Positions 51,839 to 62,820 of a stretch of DNA of 64,000 nt are shown one piece after another. The notes under the pieces are model-generated. The model had not been told where the DNA came from and made no database searches. It saw nothing but the letters and a program-made list of their open reading frames with translations. This stretch comes from an uncultured Gammaproteobacteria bacterium (lineage in GTDB: Bacteria > Pseudomonadota > Gammaproteobacteria > Arenicellales > Arenicellaceae), in assembly GCA_964531625.1 (NCBI GenBank), contig CAZHEL010000002.1, forward strand, positions 87,559 through 151,558, given 5' to 3'. The first letter of the stretch is position 1; every line of letters starts with the position of its first letter. Both the position numbers and the translations under genes were made by a program.

Positions 51839-54136
51839 TTACTGCAATAAACGCCCTACAGTAAATTGGAATTCTTCAACTTCGTCTCCCTCTTCATCGT
51901 TCAACGGAACAGCATAACTAATAGACAGTGGGCCAACTGGTGAAATCCAGTTAAAACCGACACCTGCTGAGAAACGAATCTCAGAGAAATCGAAATCATC
52001 CTCGTCTGCAAATATCTGACCGCCGTCAATAAATAGACTCAAACGCTTATCCAAGGCTCCACCACCGACAGGCAACAATAACGAAGCATTAAGTAGGACG
52101 CGCTTGCTACCACCAAATGGGTCTGGGAACTCACTGGAATCTCGCGGCCCAAGAGAGCGCGCTTCAAAACCACGAACCGATGAAGTACCTCCAGCAAAAT
52201 AGTTTTTGAAAAACGGTAGCTCTTCAGTATCGCCATAGCCATCGCCAAAGCCTAAACCCAAACCTAATTTAAAAGCAGCTTTGCGCGTAATTGGGTAGTA
52301 ATAGGTACCGTCCAGATTTAACCGAAAGTATTCTAAGTCACTACCAGGGGTGGTGGCCTCAAGAGAAACCCTTAGACTTTTACCTGAGGTCGGGTACAGC
52401 AAGCTGTCACGTGTATCGTGTGCAAAGGCAGTGGTAAAGGTAAACAGATCATTACTCGGATTTTCATCAATAAACTCAACCACTTCAGGCACTGAAAAGA
52501 TGGTAGTCCGCAAATCAATTTGTTCGATGCCACCGCCAAACGATAAGGAATTATTTTCATTTATTGGGAACAAATAACTAACATTGGCAGAAATAGTTTC
52601 AGTAACAAATTCAGACGTGTTCGCCGCAGCGGCGTCAATGTTTCGACTGCTGATGCTGATGGTTCGACTGATACCACTTTTGGTGTGATACGGATTGGTA
52701 TATTGCGCGCTAATTGACTCAACAAAATCAGAGCGCTGAACTGACAAATTCAGCTGGTTACCAGTACCAAATAGGTTTGCTTGCGATATGCTGGCTTGAA
52801 TCAACGCACCGTCGTCACCAGAAAAACCTAAACCAAACAAAAAGCTGCCAGTAGGCCGTTCTTTAACTTTGACCTCTAGGTCAACCTGATCATCTCGACC
52901 CGCAACAGGAATTGTTTCGATCTCTACTTCATCAAAGTAGCTCAAACGCTGCAAACGAACTTTAGAACGATTCACTCGGCTGGGCGAAAATGCCGAACCC
53001 TCAATTTGACGCATCTCGCGCCTAATCACCGTATCATTGGTTAGTTTATTACCGGCTACATCGATGCGTCTTACATACACTCGGCGGCCGGGTTTAACAT
53101 TGATAGAAAACGCGACAGTTTTGGCCTCTTTATCAACATCGGGCACAGGCACAATCTCAGCGTAAGAATAGCCTTCCTCGGCAAGACGATCACCGATAAC
53201 TTCTACTGTTGCATCCACTGCAGCACGCGAATAAGTACGTCCTGGAGCGATATATACATAAGGGAGAAGCTCTTCTTCAGGAACTACCAAGCGGCCATTA
53301 AGCACAAAATTGGATACTGAGTAGCGCTCACCTTCTTCGACATTAACGGTTAAAAATATACCGTCTTTTTCTGGCGAAATACTGACTTGGTTAGAGATGA
53401 TTTCAAAGTCGAGGAATCCCTGGTTTTGATAAAAACTACGCAGGGTTTCCAAATCGCCGGACACTTTTTCACGCGAGTACTGATCTGCCGAACCCCAGAA
53501 CTTCCAAAAAGCCACGTGGTCTTTAGACTTAAATTCGTCAAGCAGCATTTTATCAGTGAAAAACTTATTTCCAACGATATTAATTTTACGGATCTTAGCG
53601 GTTGGACCCTCTTTAACATGAATCTTTACGCGCACACGATTTCGCGGTAAATCGATAACTTCGGTACCAACTTGGGCGTTGTATTTTCCCTGATTCAAAT
53701 ACTGGCGATTAAGCTCTTGTTTAATCGAATCAAGCACGTTAGGTTGAAAAACGCGCCCCTCAACAAAGTCATTGTCAGATAGCGCTTCACGCAGTGCTTC
53801 TTCTTTGATGAGTTTGTTACCAGCAAATTCAATGGCCGCAATGGATGGATATTCAACCACATTAAGAACAATCGCAGTACCATCAGTATTTATTTCGATG
53901 TCTTTAAAAAAACCAGTTTTGTATAACTCTCGTATTAAATCTGAGGAGGCAATTGGATCAAATTGATCACCGACTTTAACTGGCAGCAAATTAAATACTG
54001 CACCCGCAGAAATCCGTTGCAAGCCTTTTACTCGGATATCCGAGACTGTAAACGCTTCTTGAGCCAACACAGCCTGTAATGGAGACAAACAGGTAAAGGT
54101 TATTAACAAAAATGAAACTATAATTTTCTTAATCAT
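51839..54136 (-). CDS. bamA: outer membrane protein assembly factor BamA
   Basis: 765 aa. Signal peptide, 5 POTRA-like repeats, and a C-terminal beta-barrel ending in an aromatic-rich motif (F.F.VG..). Confidence 0.95.
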   Translation of the reverse strand: MIKKIIVSFLLITFTCLSPLQAVLAQEAFTVSDIRVKGLQRISAGAVFNLLPVKVGDQFDPIASSDLIRELYKTGFFKDIEINTDGTAIVLNVVEYPSIAAIEFAGNKLIKEEALREALSDNDFVEGRVFQPNVLDSIKQELNRQYLNQGKYNAQVGTEVIDLPRNRVRVKIHVKEGPTAKIRKINIVGNKFFTDKMLLDEFKSKDHVAFWKFWGSADQYSREKVSGDLETLRSFYQNQGFLDFEIISNQVSISPEKDGIFLTVNVEEGERYSVSNFVLNGRLVVPEEELLPYVYIAPGRTYSRAAVDATVEVIGDRLAEEGYSYAEIVPVPDVDKEAKTVAFSINVKPGRRVYVRRIDVAGNKLTNDTVIRREMRQIEGSAFSPSRVNRSKVRLQRLSYFDEVEIETIPVAGRDDQVDLEVKVKERPTGSFLFGLGFSGDDGALIQASISQANLFGTGNQLNLSVQRSDFVESISAQYTNPYHTKSGISRTISISSRNIDAAAANTSEFVTETISANVSYLFPINENNSLSFGGGIEQIDLRTTIFSVPEVVEFIDENPSNDLFTFTTAFAHDTRDSLLYPTSGKSLRVSLEATTPGSDLEYFRLNLDGTYYYPITRKAAFKLGLGLGFGDGYGDTEELPFFKNYFAGGTSSVRGFEARSLGPRDSSEFPDPFGGSKRVLLNASLLLPVGGGALDKRLSLFIDGGQIFADEDDFDFSEIRFSAGVGFNWISPVGPLSISYAVPLNDEEGDEVEEFQFTVGRLLQ

Positions 54137-54406
54137 AAAATACTCAACAGTAAGTTAGGCCGAATCGCGCCAATATGTCCACAGCTATAAACTTTACTCT
54201 GTTTTCGTTTTAGCTTTAGTTGTTTATTACTATTAGTTTGTTGTTATTAGTCGGCAAACACTAATCAAAAAACTACGATACGGTCTAGATCAACCCTTAA
54301 ATATACCCTCAGCTCAACTCCTAGATTGCCCTTTGGATCAATCCTAAATTACTAGACAATTGAAAATAAAGCAGCTTGAGCATCACAGGGCTATGTGCAT
54401 GCAAGT

Positions 54407-55771
54407 TTAATTCAATAATCTAAAAATATCATTATAAAATGCAAGACTCATCAAACAAATCAGCAGCAGCACACCAAGCCGCTGACCCACCGCAAACGCT
54501 TTTTCTGCGACAGATTGGCCTGCAATCACTTCCACAACATACATTAATAGATGCCCGCCATCTAACATTGGAATTGGCAGTAAATTCATAACCCCCAAAC
54601 TGATACTAATAACAGCCAATACTTGTAGGTAAGTCTGCCAGCTAATTTGGATAGCTTGTCCTGCCACATCTGCAATGGTTATAGGGCCATTCACATTCTT
54701 ATGAGAAACCTGCAAGGTCACCATTTTCCATAACATTCTGATCGTTAAAGATGACATTAACCAAGTTTTTTCAATACCATAGTGTAAAGCTTCAAGTGGC
54801 GAGCGGCTGATAGAAACAAGCTGGTCTTCTCGCATCGGCGTCACTACTCGAGCAACTCCTAAACGGCCTATTTCCTGATCATTGACCTGAACCCCTGCTG
54901 GCGTGGCCTGTATCGCGACCTTCAAACCTTGACGGTCAACCACAATATCTAATTTACGGTTTGCGGCTGGCCCAACAATGGCGACTAGATCTTGCCAAGT
55001 TTGGGTTTTCTGGCCATCAATGGATAAAACTTTATCTCCTGCCAATAAGCCAGCTTGCGCGGCTGGTGTATCGCTTTCGACATAGGCCAACTCGGTAGTA
55101 GAGGGTGGTCGAACCCTGACAAATCCTAGGCGATACATGAGACTACTTGGATTAATATTATAAATTGGTATTTCGGAGGTTTGTACCGTTATGGTACGCG
55201 AGCTACCGCGCCGGGCAATCTCTAAATCAACATCTTGACCTTTAAGAACCTGATTAAAAATATATAAGTCATGTTGTAATAAGTACTCTGCAGGTCGACC
55301 ATCTACGGCAATTAAATCATCGCCCGCAAGTACGCCAGCCTCGGCCAATATCGATGATTCGCTTAAATCACCAAAGGTGGGAATAACACGCGGCTCAGTT
55401 ACCATTCCTAGAAGCATAAATAGTAGGATGGCAAACAAAAAATTAATACCTGGACCCGCCGCTACGATTAAACTACGTTTCCATATAGGTTGATTATCAA
55501 AAGCACGATGTGCTTCTTCGGGTTTAACCGATTCACCGCCAGCCCCTTCGCCTAACATTTTCACGTAACCACCCAAAGGAATAGCGCCAATTACATATTC
55601 GATTTGATCTTCTCCGTGAATTTTTTTCCAGATTGGTTTTCCAAAACCGACTGAGTATCGCAAAACTTTGACACCAAGTTTGCGTGCTACCCAGAAATGG
55701 CCAAACTCGTGCACTGCCACCAACACGCCGATAGCAATTAAAAACCCAACTACACTGTATAGAAAACTCAT
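54407..55771 (-). CDS. rseP: RIP zinc metalloprotease RseP
   Basis: HEFGHFWVAR, two PDZ-like blocks, NLLPIPMLDGGH. Confidence 0.92.
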   Translation of the reverse strand: MSFLYSVVGFLIAIGVLVAVHEFGHFWVARKLGVKVLRYSVGFGKPIWKKIHGEDQIEYVIGAIPLGGYVKMLGEGAGGESVKPEEAHRAFDNQPIWKRSLIVAAGPGINFLFAILLFMLLGMVTEPRVIPTFGDLSESSILAEAGVLAGDDLIAVDGRPAEYLLQHDLYIFNQVLKGQDVDLEIARRGSSRTITVQTSEIPIYNINPSSLMYRLGFVRVRPPSTTELAYVESDTPAAQAGLLAGDKVLSIDGQKTQTWQDLVAIVGPAANRKLDIVVDRQGLKVAIQATPAGVQVNDQEIGRLGVARVVTPMREDQLVSISRSPLEALHYGIEKTWLMSSLTIRMLWKMVTLQVSHKNVNGPITIADVAGQAIQISWQTYLQVLAVISISLGVMNLLPIPMLDGGHLLMYVVEVIAGQSVAEKAFAVGQRLGVLLLICLMSLAFYNDIFRLLN

Positions 55772-55849
55772 CTATTAGCCCTATGCTGACACTAGTCCAA
55801 TCTATTTTTATAAACTAGACAGTTTATACGCTTGCAACCCAGAAAACCT

Positions 55850-57022
55850 TTATATTTTCAGAGAGTCTAACTTTGCAGTTGCAAGCTCGCGTGCTTCATT
55901 GTCAATCTGTAATACACTGTCGATACTGCTTATTTCACTATTATCCATCTGCTCTAGAGTCGTTTCTATCACAGTTGATATATGTGTAAAGCGAATGCGC
56001 TTATTCAAAAACGCGTCCACCGCTATTTCATTCGCAGCATTAAGTATCGCAGGCGCCGCACCGGCTTGTTCGGCAGCTTGTCTAGCCAAGGCCAAACAAG
56101 GCAAATTTGGCATATCTGGCTTGTGAAAATCCAGTTGCGCTATCTCCGTAATATCTAAAGTTTTAGCGCCTGATTCAATACGCTTAGGCCAACTTAGAGC
56201 ATGCGCGATAGGTATTCGCATATCAGGCGAACCGAGCTGTGCTAGGAATGAACCATCGCAGTATTCCACCATTGAATGAATAATGCTTTGCGGATGCACC
56301 ACAATATCTACTCGATCAGCCGGCAAACCAAAAAGAGCAGACGCCTCAATCAGTTCTAAACCTTTATTCATCATGGTTGCCGAATCAACCGATATCTTCT
56401 GCCCCATTGACCAGTTTGGGTGAGCACAGGCTTGCTTAGGAGTTATATCTGCAAGCTCTTGCCAAACTCTTCCGCGAAACGGTCCGCCTGACGCGGTAAG
56501 ATGAATTTTACGCACATCAGATTTAGATTGATCATCTGGTAAACATTGAAAGATAGCATTGTGTTCACTATCAATCGGTAAGATTGTTGCACCAAATTTA
56601 TGCGCCTCGCGCATAAATAAATCGCCGGTCATTACCAACGGTTCTTTATTAGCAATTAATACCCGCTTACCCGCCTTGACCGCTTCTAAGGTGGGTAACA
56701 AACCGGCTGCGCCAACTATAGCGGACATTAAAGATTCACAATCTGGGTCTGCAGCAATTTGATTAATGGCATCGCTGCCTGCTAGTACTTGAGTGCCAGA
56801 TGCCGCAGTTGTCTTAAGCTTTTTTTGTAACTTTTCAGCACACTCGAAATCCGCCATTACCGCCAATTTAGGATGAAATTGCTCGCACTGAGCCAGCATT
56901 TTTTCTACGTTATTATTGGCACTCAAGGCGACAATCTTATATTGATCGGGATGCCTAGCCACCACGTCTAAAGTGCTTTGCCCAACTGACCCGGTGGATC
57001 CTAAAATACTAAGTGTATGCAT
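55850..57022 (-). CDS. dxr: 1-deoxy-D-xylulose-5-phosphate reductoisomerase
   Basis: ILGSTGSVG, LANKE, DSEHNAIFQ, HPNWSMG. Confidence 0.95.
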   Translation of the reverse strand: MHTLSILGSTGSVGQSTLDVVARHPDQYKIVALSANNNVEKMLAQCEQFHPKLAVMADFECAEKLQKKLKTTAASGTQVLAGSDAINQIAADPDCESLMSAIVGAAGLLPTLEAVKAGKRVLIANKEPLVMTGDLFMREAHKFGATILPIDSEHNAIFQCLPDDQSKSDVRKIHLTASGGPFRGRVWQELADITPKQACAHPNWSMGQKISVDSATMMNKGLELIEASALFGLPADRVDIVVHPQSIIHSMVEYCDGSFLAQLGSPDMRIPIAHALSWPKRIESGAKTLDITEIAQLDFHKPDMPNLPCLALARQAAEQAGAAPAILNAANEIAVDAFLNKRIRFTHISTVIETTLEQMDNSEISSIDSVLQIDNEARELATAKLDSLKI

Positions 57023-57048
57023 GATATAAGCTAAAATTAATCCAACGA

Positions 57049-57849
57049 TTACATGTAACCTAAATAAATAAGCCCCATTACAAAAAATGGCGCGCCTGCC
57101 AACAAGCTGTCGATTCGATCCAACACACCACCATGTCCCGGCAATATCTGACTGCTGTCTTTGAAACCAGCAAAGCGTTTTATTTTGCTCTCAAATAGAT
57201 CGCCAAACACGGATATCCCAGCCGTAAAAAGCACCGTTATAAGAACTAAAAGAGCCGCGTCAGAATCTATGTAGATAAATATTAGGGGCACAAAAATCAA
57301 TGCTACCAAAATCAAACCACCGATTAAGCCTTCCCAAGTTTTGCCTGGACTCACGGTTGGTGAAAGTTTAGTTTTTCCAAATCTTTTACCAGTAAAGTAT
57401 GCACCCACATCGGCCGCCCATATGCAGAACATAAAACAGAGTATCCAATACACGCCGAACTCAATATTTTTTAATTCGATAACAAACCATCCACTGCTAA
57501 CTAGCACCGCCATACCCAGTAATACTTTACTAATTGGCTGGTGTAAAAAGTCTAAATGATTGCTCACGGTAAACCAGATAATCGCTAGCCACAAGATACA
57601 CGCCACTGGGACTAATACCGTTAAGGAAACAAATCCGGCTTGTACTAAATAGAAACAAATCGCGAACAAAGCATAGCTAATAAGCTGACTTGCTCGACTC
57701 TCAATACCAGACATTCTTAACCACTCCCAAAAGCCAATTAAAATCATAATTGAGATCAATATTCGCCAATAAAGCGAGGACTCAGAAAACAAGGCAAATA
57801 AGACTAATACAAGCAAAAATAAAGCCGTTGCAACCCTTTGCTTAAGCAT
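57049..57849 (-). CDS. cdsA: phosphatidate cytidylyltransferase
   Basis: Polytopic membrane protein. SPGKTWEG and GHGGVLDRIDS signature. Confidence 0.88.
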   Translation of the reverse strand: MLKQRVATALFLLVLVLFALFSESSLYWRILISIMILIGFWEWLRMSGIESRASQLISYALFAICFYLVQAGFVSLTVLVPVACILWLAIIWFTVSNHLDFLHQPISKVLLGMAVLVSSGWFVIELKNIEFGVYWILCFMFCIWAADVGAYFTGKRFGKTKLSPTVSPGKTWEGLIGGLILVALIFVPLIFIYIDSDAALLVLITVLFTAGISVFGDLFESKIKRFAGFKDSSQILPGHGGVLDRIDSLLAGAPFFVMGLIYLGYM

Positions 57850-58684
57850 GTTTTTTTACTGGCGGTGCTTCTAAGTCGTGAGATAAATCGACGCTTTCGG
57901 CTGATTTTAGTTCAGTGGCTGCTTCAGGCAATTGATCTAAGGCATTTCCATACCTGCGATCACGGCGGGTGAATTTAAGCAGTGCATCTGTGAATGCATC
58001 TGCATCAAAATCTGGCCAAAGTATGTCGGTAAAATAGAACTCTGAATAAGCCGACTGCCATAGCAAAAAGTTACTAATTCGGTACTCACCACTGGTACGA
58101 ATAAATAGATCTGGATCTGGCATATCACCAGTAGAAATATGTCTATGAACCGTTTCCTCGGTGATCTGATCAGGCGTTATCTGTCCGTTTGCTACTTGCT
58201 GGGCTAATTTTTGGCAAGCTTGAGTGACGTCCCAACGACCGCCGTAATTCACCGCAACATTCAATACTAACTTGGTATTATTGGATGTCTTGGCCTGCGC
58301 CTCATTGGCGAGCTTTTGCAAGGATTGATTCAATTTAGTTAAATCACCGATCAAACGTAAACGAACTCCGTTTTCATTTAGCTTCTTGGTTTGAGTTTCT
58401 AATGCGTTACCAAGCAAATCCATTAGTGCATTAACTTCCGACGCCGGCCGATTCCAATTTTCACTACTAAACGCAAATATTGATAAATAAGGAATTTCGT
58501 GTTCGATGCAACTTTTAATCAAACTTTTTACAGCATCAACACCACGCTTATGACCAGCCACACGAGATAGGCCATGCGCATTTGCCCATCGGCCATTGCC
58601 ATCCATAATTACCGCCACATGCTCGGGCTTGGGCGAAATAACAACGGGTCGCTTGTTTTTTTTTCGTTTAAAAAAATTCCACAT
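57842..58684 (-). CDS. uppS: undecaprenyl-diphosphate synthase (with a ~30-aa C-terminal extension)
   Basis: HVAVIMDGNGRWA, FAFSSENW.RP, RTSGE.R.SNFLLWQ. Overlaps cdsA by 8 nt. Confidence 0.93.
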   Translation of the reverse strand: MWNFFKRKKNKRPVVISPKPEHVAVIMDGNGRWANAHGLSRVAGHKRGVDAVKSLIKSCIEHEIPYLSIFAFSSENWNRPASEVNALMDLLGNALETQTKKLNENGVRLRLIGDLTKLNQSLQKLANEAQAKTSNNTKLVLNVAVNYGGRWDVTQACQKLAQQVANGQITPDQITEETVHRHISTGDMPDPDLFIRTSGEYRISNFLLWQSAYSEFYFTDILWPDFDADAFTDALLKFTRRDRRYGNALDQLPEAATELKSAESVDLSHDLEAPPVKKHA

Positions 58685-58729
58685 AAGTGATTTTACGGGC
58701 TAGTTTTTAGGTGCAATAAGCAACTAAAA

Positions 58730-59287
58730 CTAGACAGTGAGTATCTCAGCTTCTTTTTCTTTAACAACTTCGTCGATTTGCGCAACGTACTTGTCGGTGA
58801 GTGTCTGAATACTGTCATGCGCTTGCTTATCTTGGTCTTCTGAGATTTCTTTTTCTTTAAGCAGAGATTTAAAATCAGAATTAGCTTCGCGCCGAATATT
58901 GCGTACCGCAATTTTGCCATTCTCGCCTTCACTCGCTGCAATTTTAACCATTTCTTTGCGGCGTTCTTCGGTGAGTGGTGGCAATGGAATACGAATAAGA
59001 TCTCCTGCGGTCATAGGGTTGAGGCCTAGATTCGCTTCTAAAATAGCGCGTTCAACCACCGGCACCATAGCCTTCTCCCAAGGTTGCACGGCCAAGGTCC
59101 GAGCATCTTGCACAGAAATATTTGCTACTTGTGCGATCGGCGTAGCAGTACCGTAGTAATCAACACTGAGATGATTAATAAGGGTGGGGCTGGCACGACC
59201 GGTTCTGATTTTAGCCATCTCGCCACGCATCGATTCAATACTCTTGAGCATACGTTGTTCGGCATCTTTTAAAATTTCATCAATCAT
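58730..59287 (-). CDS. frr: ribosome recycling factor
   Basis: 185 aa. RTGRASP.L, IRNIRR.AN. Confidence 0.95.
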   Translation of the reverse strand: MIDEILKDAEQRMLKSIESMRGEMAKIRTGRASPTLINHLSVDYYGTATPIAQVANISVQDARTLAVQPWEKAMVPVVERAILEANLGLNPMTAGDLIRIPLPPLTEERRKEMVKIAASEGENGKIAVRNIRREANSDFKSLLKEKEISEDQDKQAHDSIQTLTDKYVAQIDEVVKEKEAEILTV

Positions 59288-59393
59288 GATTTACTCGCTA
59301 CAATCGTTCTTCCAATAAAACGTTTAAATAATACCAGTAATCTGCCAATCTTTTACCGCTTACCATCTGTTAGTGCTTAATGTGGCTAAGGAC

Positions 59394-60146
59394 TTAATCG
59401 TCACTACTAATCAGTGTACCAATTTCATCGCCTAGTGCCATCTTTGTCAGCGCACCTTCGTCTGAAATCGACAAAACACGTAAATCCATATTATTGTCGC
59501 GACACAATGCGATTGCGGTAGCATCCATGACTCCTAAACGCTTCTGTAAAACCTCATCATAGCTAACACGATCGTATTTGACAGCATTGGGATTAGTCAC
59601 AGGGTCAGAATCATACACACCATCAACTTTAGTCGCCTTAACTAAAATATCGGCGTTGATTTCAGCGGCGCGCAGACTCGCGGCAGTGTCGGTCGTAAAG
59701 TATGGATTACCAGTACCTGCGGCAAAAATAACTACTCGCCCGACATTTAAATGCTTTAATGCGCGCAAACGCACGTAGGGCTCAGAAACAGGTGAAATAG
59801 GAATAGCTGACTGCACCCTAGCTTCCACATTGATCTGCTTCAGCCCTTGTTGCACTGCCAGCGCATTCATCACGGTCGCTAACATACCGATATAATCAGC
59901 AGTTGCCCGTTCGATACCAGATTCAGATGCGCTAATGCCGCGGAAAAAATTACCACCGCCAATCACTACCGCCACCTGCACACCCGACTCGACAACACCA
60001 GCAATTTCTTTGCAAACGTCATTCAAGGTTTTGGCATCAATGCCAAATTTTTGATCACCGGCGGTGCCTGCTAGGGCTTCACCGCTAAGTTTAAGTAATA
60101 TACGTCTAAAAGATGTTGAAGGTTCAGCTGGCTTCTTGTCTGGCAT
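59394..60146 (-). CDS. pyrH: UMP kinase
   Basis: RILLKLSGEAL, GGGNFFRG, GTGNPYFTTDTAA. Confidence 0.95.
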   Translation of the reverse strand: MPDKKPAEPSTSFRRILLKLSGEALAGTAGDQKFGIDAKTLNDVCKEIAGVVESGVQVAVVIGGGNFFRGISASESGIERATADYIGMLATVMNALAVQQGLKQINVEARVQSAIPISPVSEPYVRLRALKHLNVGRVVIFAAGTGNPYFTTDTAASLRAAEINADILVKATKVDGVYDSDPVTNPNAVKYDRVSYDEVLQKRLGVMDATAIALCRDNNMDLRVLSISDEGALTKMALGDEIGTLISSDD

Positions 60147-60212
60147 AGACGTTCTTTCCTCTATTAATTAAGTGTTCTTTCGGTTGTTTGAAGTTTGGAA
60201 ACAAATTGAAGC

Positions 60213-61088
60213 TTACTTACCCGCCTGCTCCATTACTTCAGCAACGAAATCATCTTCTTTCTTCTCGATACCTTCACCCACTTCGTAACGCACAAATTCT
60301 TGTACCTCGGCATTCGCTGATTTTAGCAACTTTTCAACTGTTTGATCTGGGTCTTTAACAAAAGCTTGGCCTTTTAATGTCACTTCATTCAAATACTTAC
60401 GAATTCGACCGTCGACCATTTTTTCCATGATTTCAGCAGGCTTACCGCTTTCTGCCGCTTGCGCCATGTAAATCTCGCGCTCTTTTGCCAATAGGTCTGC
60501 AGGTACTTGCTCGACTGACACACATACAGGCTTACTCGCAGCTATATGCATTGCGATATCCTTAGCTAAATCTTGACTGCCACCTGATATACGCACGAGT
60601 ACGGATATTTTATTGCCGTGCTGATAGGCACCCACTGTTTCGCCATCACCCGCCTCGACAATCTCAAATCGACGTACGCCAATATTTTCACCAATTTTTT
60701 GGATCAGGGCCTGACGTGCATCTTCTACCGTTTGGCTACCGTCGATAGAACTACTTGCGAGAGCATCTAAATCAGCAGGCTTGTGTGCCATTACCGCAGC
60801 AGCCACTTGATTAGAAAAAGCCACGAAAAACTCATCTTTGGCGGAAAAATCAGTTTCACTATTCACTTCAACTGCAACACCTGTATTGCCCTCTACCAGA
60901 GTAACAATGGTGCCTTCTGCAGCTATACGACCAGCCTTTTTGTCAGCTTGTGCAGCCCCGCGTTTACGCAGTTCTTCGATGGCTAACTCGATATCGCCGT
61001 CTGTTTCAGTAAGGATTTTTTTACATTCCATCATGCCTGCGCCAGTGCGCTCGCGCAGTTCTTTAACTAATGCGGCAGTAATTGCCAT
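60213..61088 (-). CDS. tsf: elongation factor Ts
   Basis: [24 protein letters not shown], 291 aa. Confidence 0.95.
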   Translation of the reverse strand: MAITAALVKELRERTGAGMMECKKILTETDGDIELAIEELRKRGAAQADKKAGRIAAEGTIVTLVEGNTGVAVEVNSETDFSAKDEFFVAFSNQVAAAVMAHKPADLDALASSSIDGSQTVEDARQALIQKIGENIGVRRFEIVEAGDGETVGAYQHGNKISVLVRISGGSQDLAKDIAMHIAASKPVCVSVEQVPADLLAKEREIYMAQAAESGKPAEIMEKMVDGRIRKYLNEVTLKGQAFVKDPDQTVEKLLKSANAEVQEFVRYEVGEGIEKKEDDFVAEVMEQAGK

Positions 61089-61140
61089 ATCGTCACCTAT
61101 CTATCTTTCTTATAATCAAAATACTTGTTGTAAAAGCACC

Positions 61141-62283
61141 CTAAGATACTTTTTCTTTGGCTTGTGCAATCCACTCTTCACGATCGATTCGGCCTTTAAA
61201 ATTCAACTCACCATCGATGCGCTCAACGTCTTCGGGTGTAAAATCAGCGATCTGTTGGAAAGTGTTAATACCCATACCATGTAACTTGCCTTCAATTACT
61301 GGGCCAATACCGTTAATGTCAGTTAGCTTATCTGCATCAGCGGTTTTCTTAGCTTTAGGTGCAGCTTTAGGCTTGGCTTTTTTCTTGGGAGCCTCAGCTT
61401 TTTTAGGTTCAGCTTTCTTAGGAGCCTCGGCTTTTTTAGGTTCAGCTTTCTTGGGTTCAGCTTTCTTAGCAGGCTCAGCTTCCTTAGGTTCAGCTTTAGG
61501 AGCAGGTGCTGCGACCGGCGCTACCGCTACTGGCGATTCAGTTTGATCCACTTCTACATATTCATCTGCATCACCTGCAGGGACAGCAGGTTTGATTTGT
61601 GCAGCTTCTCGAGCCGCGATAATCGTATTAGCAACCTGCTCTGTGTAGAGTCGAATAGCTCGAATAGCGTCATCGTTGCCTGGAATCACATAATCAATCC
61701 CATCTGGTTGACAGTTAGTATCAACCACCGCGATAACTGGAATACCGAGCTTATTGGCTTCTGAAACAGCAATGTACTCTGACTTAACGTCTACCACGAA
61801 CAAAGCGTCCGGTAGACCTTGCATATTCTTGATTCCGCCTAGACTGCGTTCTAGTTTTATGCGTTCGCGGTCTAGTGTTAAAGATTCTTTTTTATTTAGA
61901 TGCGCACCAGTACCTTCAACTAACTGCGTATCAAGTTCTTTCAACCGTTTGATCGAATTCTTGACCGTCTTATAGTTAGTTAACATACCACCTAACCAAC
62001 GATGGTTAACATACGGTGTGCCCGCACGTTCAGCTGCCTCTTTGACCAATTTGGTCGCTGAACGTTTCGTTCCAACCATCATTACCGTACCACCATTGCC
62101 CACAATGCTACCAATGTAGTTCATTGCATCGTTGAACATAGGGAGCGTTTGCTCGAGATTAATGATATGAATTTTGTTGCGCTCACCGAAGATAAACGGG
62201 CGCATTTTAGGTGACCAATAGCGTGTTTGATGACCAAAGTGTACGCCTGCTTCAAGCATCTGGCGCATAGTAACGTCTGACAT
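61141..62283 (-). CDS. rpsB: 30S ribosomal protein S2 with a ~150-residue C-terminal extension
   Basis: [40 protein letters not shown] single uninterrupted 380-codon frame. Confidence 0.93.
   Translation of the reverse strand: MSDVTMRQMLEAGVHFGHQTRYWSPKMRPFIFGERNKIHIINLEQTLPMFNDAMNYIGSIVGNGGTVMMVGTKRSATKLVKEAAERAGTPYVNHRWLGGMLTNYKTVKNSIKRLKELDTQLVEGTGAHLNKKESLTLDRERIKLERSLGGIKNMQGLPDALFVVDVKSEYIAVSEANKLGIPVIAVVDTNCQPDGIDYVIPGNDDAIRAIRLYTEQVANTIIAAREAAQIKPAVPAGDADEYVEVDQTESPVAVAPVAAPAPKAEPKEAEPAKKAEPKKAEPKKAEAPKKAEPKKAEAPKKKAKPKAAPKAKKTADADKLTDINGIGPVIEGKLHGMGINTFQQIADFTPEDVERIDGELNFKGRIDREEWIAQAKEKVS
61345..61527 (-). repeat. in-frame coding repeats (Lys/Ala/Glu/Pro) inside the rpsB extension
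   Basis: A 33-nt unit is duplicated at 61389-61421 and 61422-61454 (31/33 identical), flanked by 15/18-nt sub-units. It encodes [11 protein letters not shown]-type repeats. Confidence 0.85.
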
Positions 62284-62820
62284 GTTGTACTCCTAATTGT
62301 ACGGGTTTAGACAAATCCAAAAATCCAATTGACTAACCTTAAATTAATGATCTCGTACTATTCAAAAGAAACTAAAAACTCCCGTCGAAAAGTACCAGCA
62401 GAGCTTTGTTGAGGAGTCACAAACCTGAACATTCAGATTTTTAAGTAGCTCAATACAATCAAAGCCTTACATCAATAAAAAGCACCCAGCCAACCGTAAT
62501 GATAATCGGATGATTTATGTTGAGGCGCGTTTATACCACAGCAGGATTAGTGCAACAAGATTTATTCATAAATAATCGAATTATCGTCACTAGTCAGCAC
62601 CTCGTAACTGCATTGTTTGAAGCCAGTTTTAGACCTTTTTCTAGACGACAATCTGTGTTTAAGCCAATATAGCTTGGAACAATGTCTAGCAGTGTCAACA
62701 CCAGCACCCGAGCTATTGGCAATTTAATTGCTGTTCTGCACTTAAATAGCTGCTTATAGACAGATATTTGTTACAATCAAACTGTCCCCTGATAAGCAAA
62801 CCCTCAATTACATCTTTAAA

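Noticed and set aside
60838-61546. 148-aa and 129-aa plus-strand ORFs opposite tsf and rpsB (the latter with AFLGS repeats)
   Set aside because: They are antisense to two of the best-supported genes in the window. The repeats are simply the reverse complement of the S2 tail repeats.
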